A model generated the notes under the pieces. The model ran no database searches. It saw only the letters and a list, made by a program, of their open reading frames with translations, and was not told where the DNA came from. A stretch of DNA of 56,922 nt, filler included, from Actinomycetota bacterium (GTDB lineage: Bacteria; Actinomycetota; Acidimicrobiia; Spongiisociales; UBA4744), in assembly GCA_013152275.1 (NCBI GenBank). It is 3 parts of 3 records of this genome, joined end to end, with 100 filler letters (N's around TTAATTAATTAA, not from the genome) between each part and the next. Parts side by side here need not be neighbours in the genome. Positions count along the whole stretch, not along the records: positions 1 to 30,880 come from JAADGS010000080.1; 2 more parts are not named here. One strand, written 5' to 3'. Shown piece by piece: positions 1-9,854 of this stretch. Made by a program: the position numbers and the translations under genes. Each line of letters starts with the position of its first letter. The first letter of the stretch is position 1.

Positions 1-115
1 AACCTGAGGCTGCGGTCCGCGCTCGAGCCACAGGCACGGGTATTCCATCAACGAGCTTCTCGTAAGGACCCTGTCGCAGCTCCCCGGCGAATGGGGAGAC
101 CCTTTTGGTAGACAC
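1..115 (-). CDS. Possible 5' end of a hypothetical gene running off the left edge
   Basis: Open frame from GTG at 115 (MSTKRVSPFAGELRQGPYEKLVDG...) with GGAG/GGAGGTGA upstream; no recognisable motif. Confidence 0.25.
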   Translation of the reverse strand, partial: MSTKRVSPFAGELRQGPYEKLVDGIPVPVARARTAASG

Positions 116-516
116 TTCCGCTCCAGGCGCGTCACCTCCGGTACGTCGGCAGTACCCGACCGGACGGCATACTACGAAACCCGAACCGTCGCCCTGTCGA
201 AAGGGACTCATCGGAAAGCACGTCACGGGAGAGTTCGGCATTCCTGCCGCCTTGGTGGCCGGTATGATCCCGCAGGCGTCACCAGTGCCACCTCTGGTTC
301 TTCGTGCTCCTTCTCGGCAAGCGAACTCCGATGGCCATGAAACCATCTGGGCTGGTCGGCGGCTCTTTGGGAGCACGACCGATGCGTCGATTCCGTGACG
401 TCGTGAGACCGCCGGCCGACGCGAAGCCACACGTCGGGCAATCATGCCGGTCGGCTACGAAAACGGCAGCGGTATCCTGGCCGCATCCGAGCGGAGTCAA
501 GAGAGAGGGAATCCAC

Positions 517-2103
517 TTGCACGATCTCAGCCCTCACGGCATCGAGCCGAAAGGCGAAGTCTTCTGGGACCTGTCGACGCCGGTTCTGGTCGAGCACACC
601 CTCGACCAAGGTCTCGGCATGTTGGCCCACCGAGGCCCGCTCGTCGTCAGCACCGTCCCCTACACGGGCCGAAGCCCGAAAGACAAGTTCATCGTCCGTG
701 ATCCTCAGACCGAGGGCGAGATATGGTGGGGGGACGTCAACCATCCGATCGAGCCCGAGGTGTACGACGCTCTCTATGCGCGCGTGACGGAACATCTGGC
801 CGAGCGCAACCTGTACATCCAGGATTTGTATGCGGGAGCAGACCCCCGGTACCGGCTGGCCGTCCGGGCGATCACCTCGAGTCCGTGGCATGCACACTTC
901 TGCCGGAATATGTTCCGCTTGCCCCGCTCCTACGAGCTCGACGACGAGATCGAACCGTTCCACCCGGACTTCACGCTCGTGCACGCTCCGGACTTCAAAG
1001 CGATCCCCGAACGCGACGGCACCCGCAGCGAAGTCTTCATCATCATCTCCTTCGAGCATAAAGTGCTCTTGATCGGCGGCACCACGTACATGGGCGAGAT
1101 GAAGAAGTCGGTCTTCTCGGTCTTGAACTACCTGCTGCCGAAGAAGGGCGTGCTCAGCATGCACGCCTCGGCCAACGTCGACCAGACGGGACATTCGGCC
1201 GTGATCTTCGGGCTCTCCGGCACCGGCAAGACGACCCTGGCGACCGATCCGAAGAGGAACATGATCGGCGACGATGAGATCGGCTGGGGCGTCGACGGCA
1301 TCTTCAACATCGAGGGCGGCTCCTACGCGAAGGTGATCCGTCTCAGCCCCGAGGACGAACCGCTCATCTTCGAGGCCACCAACCAGTTCGAGGCACTGCT
1401 CGAGAACGTGGTGATCAACCCTGAGAGCCGCCGGGTGGAGTGGGATGACGCAACTCGCACCGAGAACATCCGCAGCTCCTATCCGCTCGCTCACCTCCCC
1501 AATGTCGTGAAGAGTGGCATGGCTCCGCCCCCACATAACATCGTGTTTCTGTCTGCGGACGCGTTCGGCGTGCTTCCCCCGATCTCGCGACTGACCCGCG
1601 AGCAGGCGATGTACTACTTCATCTCCGGATACACGGCCAAGCTCGCCGGCACGGAGAGGGGTGTGAACGAGCCGGCCGCCACCTTCTCCCCATGCTTCGG
1701 CGCCCCGTTCCTTCCGCTGCCACCCTCGTACTACGCCGACGTTCTCGCAAAGAAGATCGACGAGTTCGGCACCGGACTCTGGATGATCAACACCGGATGG
1801 ACGAGTGGACCCTACGGTGTCGGCTACCGGATCCGGATCCCGCACACGCGGGCAATGCTCAACGCGGCGCTCGCCGGCGACCTCGACGACGCCACGTACC
1901 ACCAGGACTCCATCTTCGGCCTCTCGATCCCGACAGAGGTCCCGGGAGTTCCCGCCGAACTGCTCGACCCTCGTAGCACCTGGGAGGATCCATCTGCCTA
2001 CGACACGCAAGCCGTCAAGCTGGCCGGGATGTTCCAAAAGAACTTCCGGCAATACGCAGACAATGTTCCCGAGGCCGTCATCGCCGCGGGACCACACACG
2101 TGA
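517..2103 (+). CDS. pckA: Phosphoenolpyruvate carboxykinase (ATP)
   Basis: [34 protein letters not shown]-loop, IGDDE, FNIEGG, CFGAPF; TTG start after GAGAGAGGGA RBS. Confidence 0.95.
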   Translation: MHDLSPHGIEPKGEVFWDLSTPVLVEHTLDQGLGMLAHRGPLVVSTVPYTGRSPKDKFIVRDPQTEGEIWWGDVNHPIEPEVYDALYARVTEHLAERNLYIQDLYAGADPRYRLAVRAITSSPWHAHFCRNMFRLPRSYELDDEIEPFHPDFTLVHAPDFKAIPERDGTRSEVFIIISFEHKVLLIGGTTYMGEMKKSVFSVLNYLLPKKGVLSMHASANVDQTGHSAVIFGLSGTGKTTLATDPKRNMIGDDEIGWGVDGIFNIEGGSYAKVIRLSPEDEPLIFEATNQFEALLENVVINPESRRVEWDDATRTENIRSSYPLAHLPNVVKSGMAPPPHNIVFLSADAFGVLPPISRLTREQAMYYFISGYTAKLAGTERGVNEPAATFSPCFGAPFLPLPPSYYADVLAKKIDEFGTGLWMINTGWTSGPYGVGYRIRIPHTRAMLNAALAGDLDDATYHQDSIFGLSIPTEVPGVPAELLDPRSTWEDPSAYDTQAVKLAGMFQKNFRQYADNVPEAVIAAGPHT

Positions 2104-2507
2104 CACGGCATATCGACAGCGCGAACGGCGGCTCGAAGACCGACTCGGTGTGACCCCTGCACGACTTCCCTGGACGTAACCCAAACGGCTGAAGAATCGC
2201 CTGGCAGACTCCGCGCGATCCAGGGCGCATGGAGCCGCGAAACACCCGGGGGAGGTCGGGCTGCTGCGGGCGGTCGGCATGTCACGCCGGCAAGCCCGGG
2301 GCCCCGGCTCCGGGCTCGCCGCCACGCACCTCGATCCACTGGGGGTAGTAGAACCCACGCGTCTCGTTCAGGGCCTGTGTGGCGCACGAGCGCAGCCGAA
2401 CCGGAGGGGTTCCCTCACATGCCATCTGTTCGACAGCGGGTGTACGGCAGGGAGGGGCAGGCCGGGAACGCCGCAAGGGTTGTCTGTCGACGCACTAGAT
2501 TCCCCCC

Positions 2508-3305
2508 GTGGGCAAGGATGCCGGGTTCAAGGACCATGAGGGCCGAGTCATCGACTTTGGCCGTACCGCCGTCGACTATGAACGCCATCGCCCGGGCTTC
2601 CCCGAGAGTTTCTTCGACCGCCTGGTGCACAACCGCTGGATCCGCGCAGGTCAACGCGCCCTCGATCTGGGTACTGGCACGGGCTCCCTCGCTTTGGGTT
2701 TCGCCGCCCGCGGACTCGAAGTCACCGGCATCGACATCGCCCCCGAACTACTCGAAGTCGCACGCCAAGCCGCCGTCGACCGCGGACTGTCCGCTCACTT
2801 CATCGAGGGGCGTGCCGAGGCCACCGGCCAGGACGACGCCGGCTTCGATCTCGTGAGCGCAGGCCAATGCTGGTGGTGGTTCGACACGGACACAACCATC
2901 ACGGAGGTCAACCGCATTCTCACCCCGGGCGGTCGCCTGCTCATCTGCGACTTCAGCTACCTGCCGCTGCCCGGCAATGTTGCCGGCCGCACCGAGGATC
3001 TGATTCTCCGACACAACCCCGGCTGGCCCAAGGCAGGCTGGCGAGGTGTACACCCCGAGCAGGTACAAGCCCTCGACCGGGGAGGCTTCCAGCACGTCGA
3101 GAGCTTCAGCTATGTGACCAACGTGGCGTTCACCCACACCGGCTGGCGCGGTCGCATCCGCACCTGCAACGGGGTCGGCTCGACTCTGAGCGCCGGCCAG
3201 GTCCAGCGTTTCGACACCGATCTCGCCGAGCTGCTCGCCCACGAGTTCCCGGGCGAACTCTCGGTGCCGCACCGCGTCTTCGCCACCAGCGGGATCAAGG
3301 CCTGA
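2508..3305 (+). CDS. Class I SAM-dependent methyltransferase
   Basis: LDLGTGTG motif I, GIDI, FDLV, LTPGG. Confidence 0.9.
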   Translation: MGKDAGFKDHEGRVIDFGRTAVDYERHRPGFPESFFDRLVHNRWIRAGQRALDLGTGTGSLALGFAARGLEVTGIDIAPELLEVARQAAVDRGLSAHFIEGRAEATGQDDAGFDLVSAGQCWWWFDTDTTITEVNRILTPGGRLLICDFSYLPLPGNVAGRTEDLILRHNPGWPKAGWRGVHPEQVQALDRGGFQHVESFSYVTNVAFTHTGWRGRIRTCNGVGSTLSAGQVQRFDTDLAELLAHEFPGELSVPHRVFATSGIKA

Positions 3306-3318
3306 GACCCCCTCCTCC

Positions 3319-3371
3319 CCGTTCTCGTGACGGTTGACCCGGATTATTCCCGTCAAGCGTCACGAGAACGG
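3319..3371. repeat. Intergenic palindrome (terminator or REP-like, TTCTCGT...ACGAGAA ends)
   Basis: CCGTTCTCGTGACG (3319-3332) pairs perfectly with CGTCACGAGAACGG (3358-3371), with an inner TTGAC/GTCAA stem. Confidence 0.7.
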
Positions 3372-3431
3372 TGGTTTTGACGAGACCTGCGAGTTGTTTG
3401 TTGCTGCTCCGGTTTCCTATGCTCCCAACCC

Positions 3432-4037
3432 GTGCGTGCCCTTCGTCCTATCACCGCCGTTTTCTTGAGCTTTGCTCTGGTCATAGGACTCGCCGGCCCC
3501 GCACTCGCCGACGCCTTGGCGGCGAAAGTGAACGCCGTGCGTTCGCCCGACCTTCCCATCCTGATGGCGGCTGATGCCCTCGCGGCACAGTCCGCAGCCG
3601 CGCAAGCCAAGGCAGGGAAGCAGTTTCACACCAACCTCAATCCGTTGCTGAGCGTCTGCACCGCAGCCGGAGAGGTCGTCGGAGTCGGACCCAATCTCGA
3701 CTCGATCTTCGAAGCCTTCCGCAACAGCCCGCCCCACTGGGATCTGATCACCTCGTCGAGATGGACATCCATGGGTACGGGAATGACAACGACGAGCGAC
3801 GGAGCCATCTACGTCTCTGTAATCTTCTGTGAGGGAGCAGACGGCAACGCCCCCGTGCAGCCGGCACCAAGTCCGGCTCCGGCGGCGACCGCCCCGACGC
3901 AGACGCGTCACGCATCGATGGCGCTTCCCGCACTCCGCCCTGAACTCGCACTGAGTCCATGCACAGGTGCCGAGACCCGAGAACTCGTCCTTCACGAACC
4001 ACCCTGGGTCACGGGAAGCTGTCCGGGCCTGGCCTGA
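3432..4037 (+). CDS. Secreted CAP (SCP-like) domain protein
   Basis: Signal peptide ending ALA; VNAVR, GEVVG, AFRNSPPHWDLI, MGTG motifs; Pro/Ala/Thr-rich tail. Confidence 0.75.
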   Translation: MRALRPITAVFLSFALVIGLAGPALADALAAKVNAVRSPDLPILMAADALAAQSAAAQAKAGKQFHTNLNPLLSVCTAAGEVVGVGPNLDSIFEAFRNSPPHWDLITSSRWTSMGTGMTTTSDGAIYVSVIFCEGADGNAPVQPAPSPAPAATAPTQTRHASMALPALRPELALSPCTGAETRELVLHEPPWVTGSCPGLA

Positions 4038-4045
4038 TCGTCTAG

Positions 4046-5710
4046 GAGTGTGGGTCAGTATCTGCCGGTGGGGTGGTCGGCTGGTTGACCGCTGACAGGG
4101 TTGTGTTGGTGTGGGTCATCTGGTCCCGTCGGGTTCGGTGTACGAGTTTCTGGGGGAGCATCGACGACGCCTGTTCCCGGATGACATGTTCGAGGATCTG
4201 TTCTCATCGTCGCGGGGTCGCCCGTCGGTGGCGGGTGATGTGGTCGCTACGGTCATGGTTCTTCAGTCGTTGGAGGGCTTGTCAGATCGTGACGCTGTGG
4301 ATGCGCTTCGAACCGACCTGAAGTGGAAAGTGGCATGTGGGGTCCCGTTGACTGATGAGGGGTTCCACCCGACTGTGTTGACGTTGTGGCGGAACCGGCT
4401 TCGTGCCAGTGACCGCCCGCAGCGGATCTTTGACGCGGTGCGCGCTGTGGTGGTCGAGACTGGGGTGTTGGCGAAACGGACCCGTCGAGCGTTGGATTCG
4501 ACGCTGCTTGATGACGCGGTGGCGACTCAGGACACAGTGACGCAGTTGACGTCGGTGATCCGCCGGGTCCGTAAGACAGTCCCTGTTGCAGTCACGGTTG
4601 ACGTGTCAGGTCATGATTACGAGGCCCCTGGCAAACCGGCCTGTGCGTGGGACGATCCTGCTGCTCGTGACGAACTTGTCACCGCCCTCGTCACCGACGC
4701 TGCGGCGATCTTGGATGCGGTTGACGGTGTCGCACTTGATGACGATCAGACCCGCCTTGTTGCACTCCTTGCCCTGGTTGCAGGTCAAGATGTTGAACCT
4801 GGCGATGAGGAAGGCACGTGGCGGATCGCTCACCGGGTCGCCAAGGACCGGGTCATCTCAACGGTGGATCCCGAGACGAGACATATGCACAAGTCCCGAT
4901 CCGCCTATCGCGATGGATACAAGGCCCACATCGCGGTTGAACCCGAGACGGGGATCATCACGGCGTGTGATCTGACGCCATCCAGCATCGGGGACGGGCC
5001 GGTCGGTGTCGACCTCCTCGATGGTGAACCCTCGGGTCTCACCGTGTTGGCTGATTCGGCGTATGGGGCCGGCCCAACCCGTGCCGATCTTGCTGATGCC
5101 GAACACACTGTGGTGATCAAACCCTGGCCGCTGGCACGCAACTCGAAACTCGGCGACGATCAATACACCAGGGACGACTTCACGATCGACTACGACGAAC
5201 GCACGGTCACCTGCCCCAACCAGACCACGGTGCCGATCAACGCCGGCGGGCAAGCCCGTTTCGGTGCCAGATGCAGGGACTGTCCGGTCCGTGACCGTTG
5301 CACGACAGCCGCTGAGGGCAGAGTCTTCAGCGTCGGTGACCACGACCAGCTCCTTGCCCAAGCCCGGGCCCAATGGCGAGACGGAGACGACCTCGACGAG
5401 TATCGGCAGTATCGGCCCATGGTCGAACGCTCCATTGCGTGGATCGTCACGAACGGACACCGTAGAGTCAGATACCGAGGCGTTGAACGCAACCGCATCG
5501 CCCTCTCCACACGAGCAGCAGTCATCAACCTCCGGCGGCTTATCAACCTCGGACTCGTCTCGAACCCCGACGGATGGGCCCTCCACCCGGGCTGACAACC
5601 CCGGACCCACACCCGTTGACACGAACCACGCTCCAGAAACCGTCGCGAACCCGCCACGACCAGCCAACCACCCTCGACCGGACCCCACACCCCCATCGAT
5701 CAGCAGGCTC
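4046..5710 (+). mobile_element. IS1182-family insertion sequence (~1.67 kb) with CTAG target duplication
   Basis: CTAG at 4042-4045 and 5711-5714; ends GAG.../...CTC; 15/17 subterminal inverted repeat at 4071-4087 vs 5657-5673; encloses a transposase. Confidence 0.8.
4111..5595 (+). CDS. IS1182-family DDE transposase
   Basis: GRPS, LSDRDA, ALDST, DRVISTVDPETRHMHKS, DGYKAH, ADSAYG, CRDCPVRDRC, YRQYRPMVERSI. Confidence 0.92.
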   Translation: MGHLVPSGSVYEFLGEHRRRLFPDDMFEDLFSSSRGRPSVAGDVVATVMVLQSLEGLSDRDAVDALRTDLKWKVACGVPLTDEGFHPTVLTLWRNRLRASDRPQRIFDAVRAVVVETGVLAKRTRRALDSTLLDDAVATQDTVTQLTSVIRRVRKTVPVAVTVDVSGHDYEAPGKPACAWDDPAARDELVTALVTDAAAILDAVDGVALDDDQTRLVALLALVAGQDVEPGDEEGTWRIAHRVAKDRVISTVDPETRHMHKSRSAYRDGYKAHIAVEPETGIITACDLTPSSIGDGPVGVDLLDGEPSGLTVLADSAYGAGPTRADLADAEHTVVIKPWPLARNSKLGDDQYTRDDFTIDYDERTVTCPNQTTVPINAGGQARFGARCRDCPVRDRCTTAAEGRVFSVGDHDQLLAQARAQWRDGDDLDEYRQYRPMVERSIAWIVTNGHRRVRYRGVERNRIALSTRAAVINLRRLINLGLVSNPDGWALHPG

Positions 5711-6724
5711 CTAGAGGAGCAGCTCTGCGATCTGCACCGCATTCAGTGCGGCTCCCTTGCGAAGGTTGTCGGAGACACACCAGAGGTTCAACCCTCCCGG
5801 TGTTCCGAGCGTCTCCCGTATCCGACCGACCAGCGTCTCATCGCGCCCGGCAGAGTCCAGAGGCGTCGGCACCCGGTCCGACCAGACCTCAACGCCGGGA
5901 GCCTCTTCGAGAAGCCGAATCGCTTCCTCAACTCCCAACGCCCGCGAGAAGCCGAGCGTGGCCGTGATGCCGTGGCCAACCATCACCGGTACCCGCACAC
6001 ACGTCGGTTCGACCCGCAACTCGGGAAGATCGAGGATCTTGCGGCTCTCGTTCACGAGCTTCCACTCTTCGTCGGTGTAACCGGCGTCTGCCTCGCTACC
6101 CGCGAACGGCAACGCGTTGAAGCCGATCGGCCGCACATACACATCACCACCAGGGTCCTTCCATCCGCCGCCGGAGAGGGCATCCAGGTCCTCACCGAGT
6201 TCGGCCAACTGTCGTGTCAGCTCATTGATGCCCTGCCGGCCGGAGCCCGACACGGCCTGGTAGGAGCTCACGACCATCGATTCGATGCCGGCCGCCCTGT
6301 GCAACGGTGCGACGGCCATCATCAGCCCCATCGTCGTGCAGTTGGGATTGGCGATGATCCCTCGATGCTCTTGCGCCGCGGCATCGTTCACGTCCACGAC
6401 TACGAGTGGGACATCCGGATCCATCCTGAAGGCCGACGAGTTGTCGACGACGATCGCACCGGCCCGGACGAACGCAGGAGCGAACATCCGTGACCGAGAT
6501 CCCCCTGCCGAGAACAACGCAACGTCGATTCCGGCCGGATCCGCCTTTTCGAGATCCTCGACCTCGACATCACCCCATGCGGTCTCCACGATTCGTCCGG
6601 CCGAACGGCTGCTGGCCATCAGCCGCAGTTCCGACACCGGAAAACTTCGTTCCTCCAGGATCGAGACCATCGCCCTCCCCACGGCGCCAGTCGCGCCGAC
6701 GACAGCGGTTCGCGCGCTACCCAT
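5711..6724 (-). CDS. asd: Aspartate-semialdehyde dehydrogenase
   Basis: VVGATGAVG, VDNSSAFR, IANPNCTT, CVRVPV, DNLRKGAALNAVQIAE. Confidence 0.97.
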   Translation of the reverse strand: MGSARTAVVGATGAVGRAMVSILEERSFPVSELRLMASSRSAGRIVETAWGDVEVEDLEKADPAGIDVALFSAGGSRSRMFAPAFVRAGAIVVDNSSAFRMDPDVPLVVVDVNDAAAQEHRGIIANPNCTTMGLMMAVAPLHRAAGIESMVVSSYQAVSGSGRQGINELTRQLAELGEDLDALSGGGWKDPGGDVYVRPIGFNALPFAGSEADAGYTDEEWKLVNESRKILDLPELRVEPTCVRVPVMVGHGITATLGFSRALGVEEAIRLLEEAPGVEVWSDRVPTPLDSAGRDETLVGRIRETLGTPGGLNLWCVSDNLRKGAALNAVQIAELLL

Positions 6725-7937
6725 CGGATTGCTCCTCGAAAAACGCCCTGTGCAGGGCCCGCACGGCCTGCTTGACCTGATCTTCCCGAATCACACATGA
6801 GATCCGGATGCTCGACGTCGAGATCATCTCGATGTTGATGCCATGATCGGCAAGAACCTCGAACATACGAGCGGCAATACCCGGGTTCGACCGCATTCCC
6901 ACTCCGACGACGGAGACGCGGCCGATCTCGAGATCAACGAGCACCGACTTCGCACCCACTTCTTTGGCAACCTCACGCGCCGTCTTCTCCGCGACGGCGA
7001 CTCCGGCCCTGGGAATCGTGAAGCTGATGTCGGTCGTGCCATCGTGTGAAACGTTCTGCACGATCATGTCGACGTTGACCCCACGATCCGCAAGGGGCGC
7101 AAACACCGAGGCGGCGACTCCCGGACGGTCGGGAACACCGACGATGGTGACTTTTGCCTCTGCTGTGTCGTGGGAAATCCCACGAACGATCGCTTGCTCC
7201 ATTGTGGTCTCCTTCACCCAGGAACCCTGCCCGTCATGAAACGACGAGCGAACATGCAACGGTATGCCGAATCGCTGCGCAACCTCCACAGATCGTGCCA
7301 TCAACACCTTCGCACCCGTTGACGCCAACTCGAGCATCTCCTCAAACGTGATCTCGTCGAGCTTCCGGGCGGCGGGGACCAGCCGAGGGTCGGCGGTGAA
7401 CACCCCGTCCACATCCGTGTAGATCTCACACACGTCGGCATGGTTCGCTGCAGCGAGCGCAACCGCCGTCGTATCCGTGCCACCTCTTCCAAGTGTCGTC
7501 ACGTCTTTGGACTCCGGATCGACGCCCTGGAATCCCGCGACGATGACGACTTTCCCCTCTCCAAGGCTCTCCACGACGCGAAAACCGCGGATCTCACGGA
7601 TCTTCGCTCCGCCATGGTGCGAATCGGTCAGGATCCCGGCCTGTGATCCGGTGAAACTGACCGCCTCGATACCCTCGGCGTGAATCGCCATCGCGAGCAG
7701 TGACATTGCGATTCTCTCACCGGCACTCAACAGCATGTCCATCTCGCGCCCGGGCGGATCGGGGTGCAGCTGGTTGGCAAGGTCGATCAGGTCGTCCGTC
7801 GACGATCCCATCGCGGACACGACGACGAGCACCTCGTTGCCGGCCCGCTTGGTTGCGGCAACCCGGGCGGCGACCCGCCGAATCCGCTCCGCGTCCGCCA
7901 CCGACGTTCCGCCGAATTTCTGAACGTAAAGGCCCAT
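6717..7937 (-). CDS. lysC: Aspartate kinase
   Basis: VQKFGGTSV, VVSAMG, TLGRGGTD, two ACT domains; overlaps asd. Confidence 0.97.
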   Translation of the reverse strand: MGLYVQKFGGTSVADAERIRRVAARVAATKRAGNEVLVVVSAMGSSTDDLIDLANQLHPDPPGREMDMLLSAGERIAMSLLAMAIHAEGIEAVSFTGSQAGILTDSHHGGAKIREIRGFRVVESLGEGKVVIVAGFQGVDPESKDVTTLGRGGTDTTAVALAAANHADVCEIYTDVDGVFTADPRLVPAARKLDEITFEEMLELASTGAKVLMARSVEVAQRFGIPLHVRSSFHDGQGSWVKETTMEQAIVRGISHDTAEAKVTIVGVPDRPGVAASVFAPLADRGVNVDMIVQNVSHDGTTDISFTIPRAGVAVAEKTAREVAKEVGAKSVLVDLEIGRVSVVGVGMRSNPGIAARMFEVLADHGINIEMISTSSIRISCVIREDQVKQAVRALHRAFFEEQSDG

Positions 7938-8069
7938 ATCGCGCAGGGAGTGTACTTGCCGAAACGGTGAACCCTGGGCTCAGGGGTGCCCGCGGGGCCC
8001 CTACGCGCTCAGGGTTCGCCGTTCTGCGGTCAGGGACGTTGCCTGCCGACGCACTAGCATCGCCGCGTC

Positions 8070-8933
8070 ATGCCAAGCGAGAAACGTGATCGTCAACACC
8101 GAAACCGGGAAGAGAAGCGGAAACGGCTCAAGAGAGCCCAACGGAACGCGCTCCTGAAACGGCGCTTCATCCAGAGCATCTGGATTGCGCTCATCGTGAT
8201 GGCCGTCGTCACCGTCTCGAACCTGACCAAAGGGTCGAACACGACCGCCACGACGACGGCGACCACCACGCAACCGTCATCTACGACGACCTCCACGACG
8301 ACGGCGACCACCACCACCGCCGCTCCTGCGGCTCTTGGCTCTGTGTACGAGACGTTCCGTAACCGGCAGGTGGCTTGTGGAGCGACTGCTCCACCGCCCG
8401 CACGCGAGATGCGTTTCGATGCCCCCGAGGACCAACACATCGATCCTGGCGCGACCGTGACCGCCACGGTTGCGACATCTTGTGGCGACATCGTCATCAA
8501 GCTGGATCCTGCGTCTGCTCCACAGACGGTCAACTCGTTCGTGTTCCTCGCCCGACAAGGTTTCTTCGACGGGACGGTCTTTCACCGTATCGTCCCGGGT
8601 TTCGTGATCCAGGGTGGCGACCCGACGGCAACCGGCACCGGTGGGCCCGGCTACACGATCACAGACGAGTTTCCGTCGGCCGGTTTCACCTACGATCGCG
8701 GTGTCGTCGCCATGGCCAATTCGGGATCCGACTCCACGGGGAGTCAGTTCTTCATCGTGCTCGGCGACACGAACCTCAAACCCGCATTCTCGCCGCTCGG
8801 CAGGGTCGTCGACGGTGATGCCACCCTCGATGCGATCGCGGCGGTTCCAGTCGCTCCGTCGGCGTCGGGTGAGAACAGCGACCCCCAGGAAACCGTCTAC
8901 ATCGACACGGTCACCATCGACATCACCGGCTGA
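8070..8933 (+). CDS. Membrane-anchored cyclophilin-type peptidyl-prolyl isomerase
   Basis: Basic N-terminus, one TM, Thr-rich linker, FHRIVPGFVIQGGDP, AMAN, GSQFFI. Confidence 0.92.
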   Translation: MPSEKRDRQHRNREEKRKRLKRAQRNALLKRRFIQSIWIALIVMAVVTVSNLTKGSNTTATTTATTTQPSSTTTSTTTATTTTAAPAALGSVYETFRNRQVACGATAPPPAREMRFDAPEDQHIDPGATVTATVATSCGDIVIKLDPASAPQTVNSFVFLARQGFFDGTVFHRIVPGFVIQGGDPTATGTGGPGYTITDEFPSAGFTYDRGVVAMANSGSDSTGSQFFIVLGDTNLKPAFSPLGRVVDGDATLDAIAAVPVAPSASGENSDPQETVYIDTVTIDITG

Positions 8934-9005
8934 CCGGCCCTCAACGGTTCGGCCTCTGGCCGCGCAGGCATGGACTCGACGAGCTCTCCGGGTACGCTCA
9001 CGTCG

Positions 9006-9854
9006 ATGGCGGTGGACCTGCACACACACAGCTTCTTCTCCGACGGGAGTGACTCACCGTCCGATGTCGTCCATGCGGCTTTCAGGGCCGGCCTCACGGC
9101 CGTTGCACTCACGGATCACGATACGCTCGAAGGTATCCCGGAAGCGCACCAGGCAGCCGGCGAGGTGGGCATGGAGCTCGTGCCTGGCGTCGAGATCTCC
9201 TGCGAGTGGGCGCCGGGCACGATGCACATCGTCGTGCTCTTCCTCGACCCGGGACCCGGCCCCCTCCAAGACGAACTCGTCGACCTCCGGCGCAGCCGAG
9301 ACGCCCGCAATCACGCGATCGCCGACCGTCTCCAACGCCTCGGCATCGACATCACCTACGACGAAGTGGCTCGGCAGGCCGGCACGGGGGTCGTCGGCCG
9401 TCCCCACTTCGCCGCCGTGCTGGTCCGCAAAGGCATCGTCGACGACATCAACGGCGCATTCCGTGAACTGCTGGCGGATGGCAAGCCTGCCTATGTGAGC
9501 CGAAAGCGGCTCACCCCCGAAGACGCCATCGGACTCGCAAAGGCGTCGGGTGCCGTGTCGGTTCTCGCGCATCCTCACACTCTCGGGCTCGACACGGCAG
9601 ACGAGTTCGCACGAACTTTCCGGTGGCTCCGGTCGGTCGGGCTCATCGGCCTCGAAGCCTATTGCACCGAGCATCCACCCGACGAGCGCCTGGAACTCGC
9701 GTCGGTGGCTCGCAGCCACGGTCTCATCCCGTCGGGAGGATCCGACTACCACGGCTCGTACCGACCCGGCGTGCGGATCGGACAAGGGCGCGGAAACTTG
9801 CGGGTGCCTGCCGAGCTGCTCGAGGAGCTCCGGGCAGCCCGGGAAACCTCATGA
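9006..9854 (+). CDS. PHP-domain metal-dependent phosphoesterase (TrpH/YciV-like)
   Basis: DLHTHS..SDG, ALTDHD, GVEIS, GRPH, LAHP, GGSDYHG. Confidence 0.92.
   Translation: MAVDLHTHSFFSDGSDSPSDVVHAAFRAGLTAVALTDHDTLEGIPEAHQAAGEVGMELVPGVEISCEWAPGTMHIVVLFLDPGPGPLQDELVDLRRSRDARNHAIADRLQRLGIDITYDEVARQAGTGVVGRPHFAAVLVRKGIVDDINGAFRELLADGKPAYVSRKRLTPEDAIGLAKASGAVSVLAHPHTLGLDTADEFARTFRWLRSVGLIGLEAYCTEHPPDERLELASVARSHGLIPSGGSDYHGSYRPGVRIGQGRGNLRVPAELLEELRAARETS

Noticed and set aside
226..300. GGGAGAG start resembling a glycine riboswitch
   Set aside because: The CCGAAG and CTCTCAGG elements are missing.
442..2358. Long antisense or alternate-frame ORFs (e.g. 442-2358, 11876-13717, 37955-40279)
   Set aside because: Shadow ORFs of high-GC genes with no motifs, overlapping well-supported genes.
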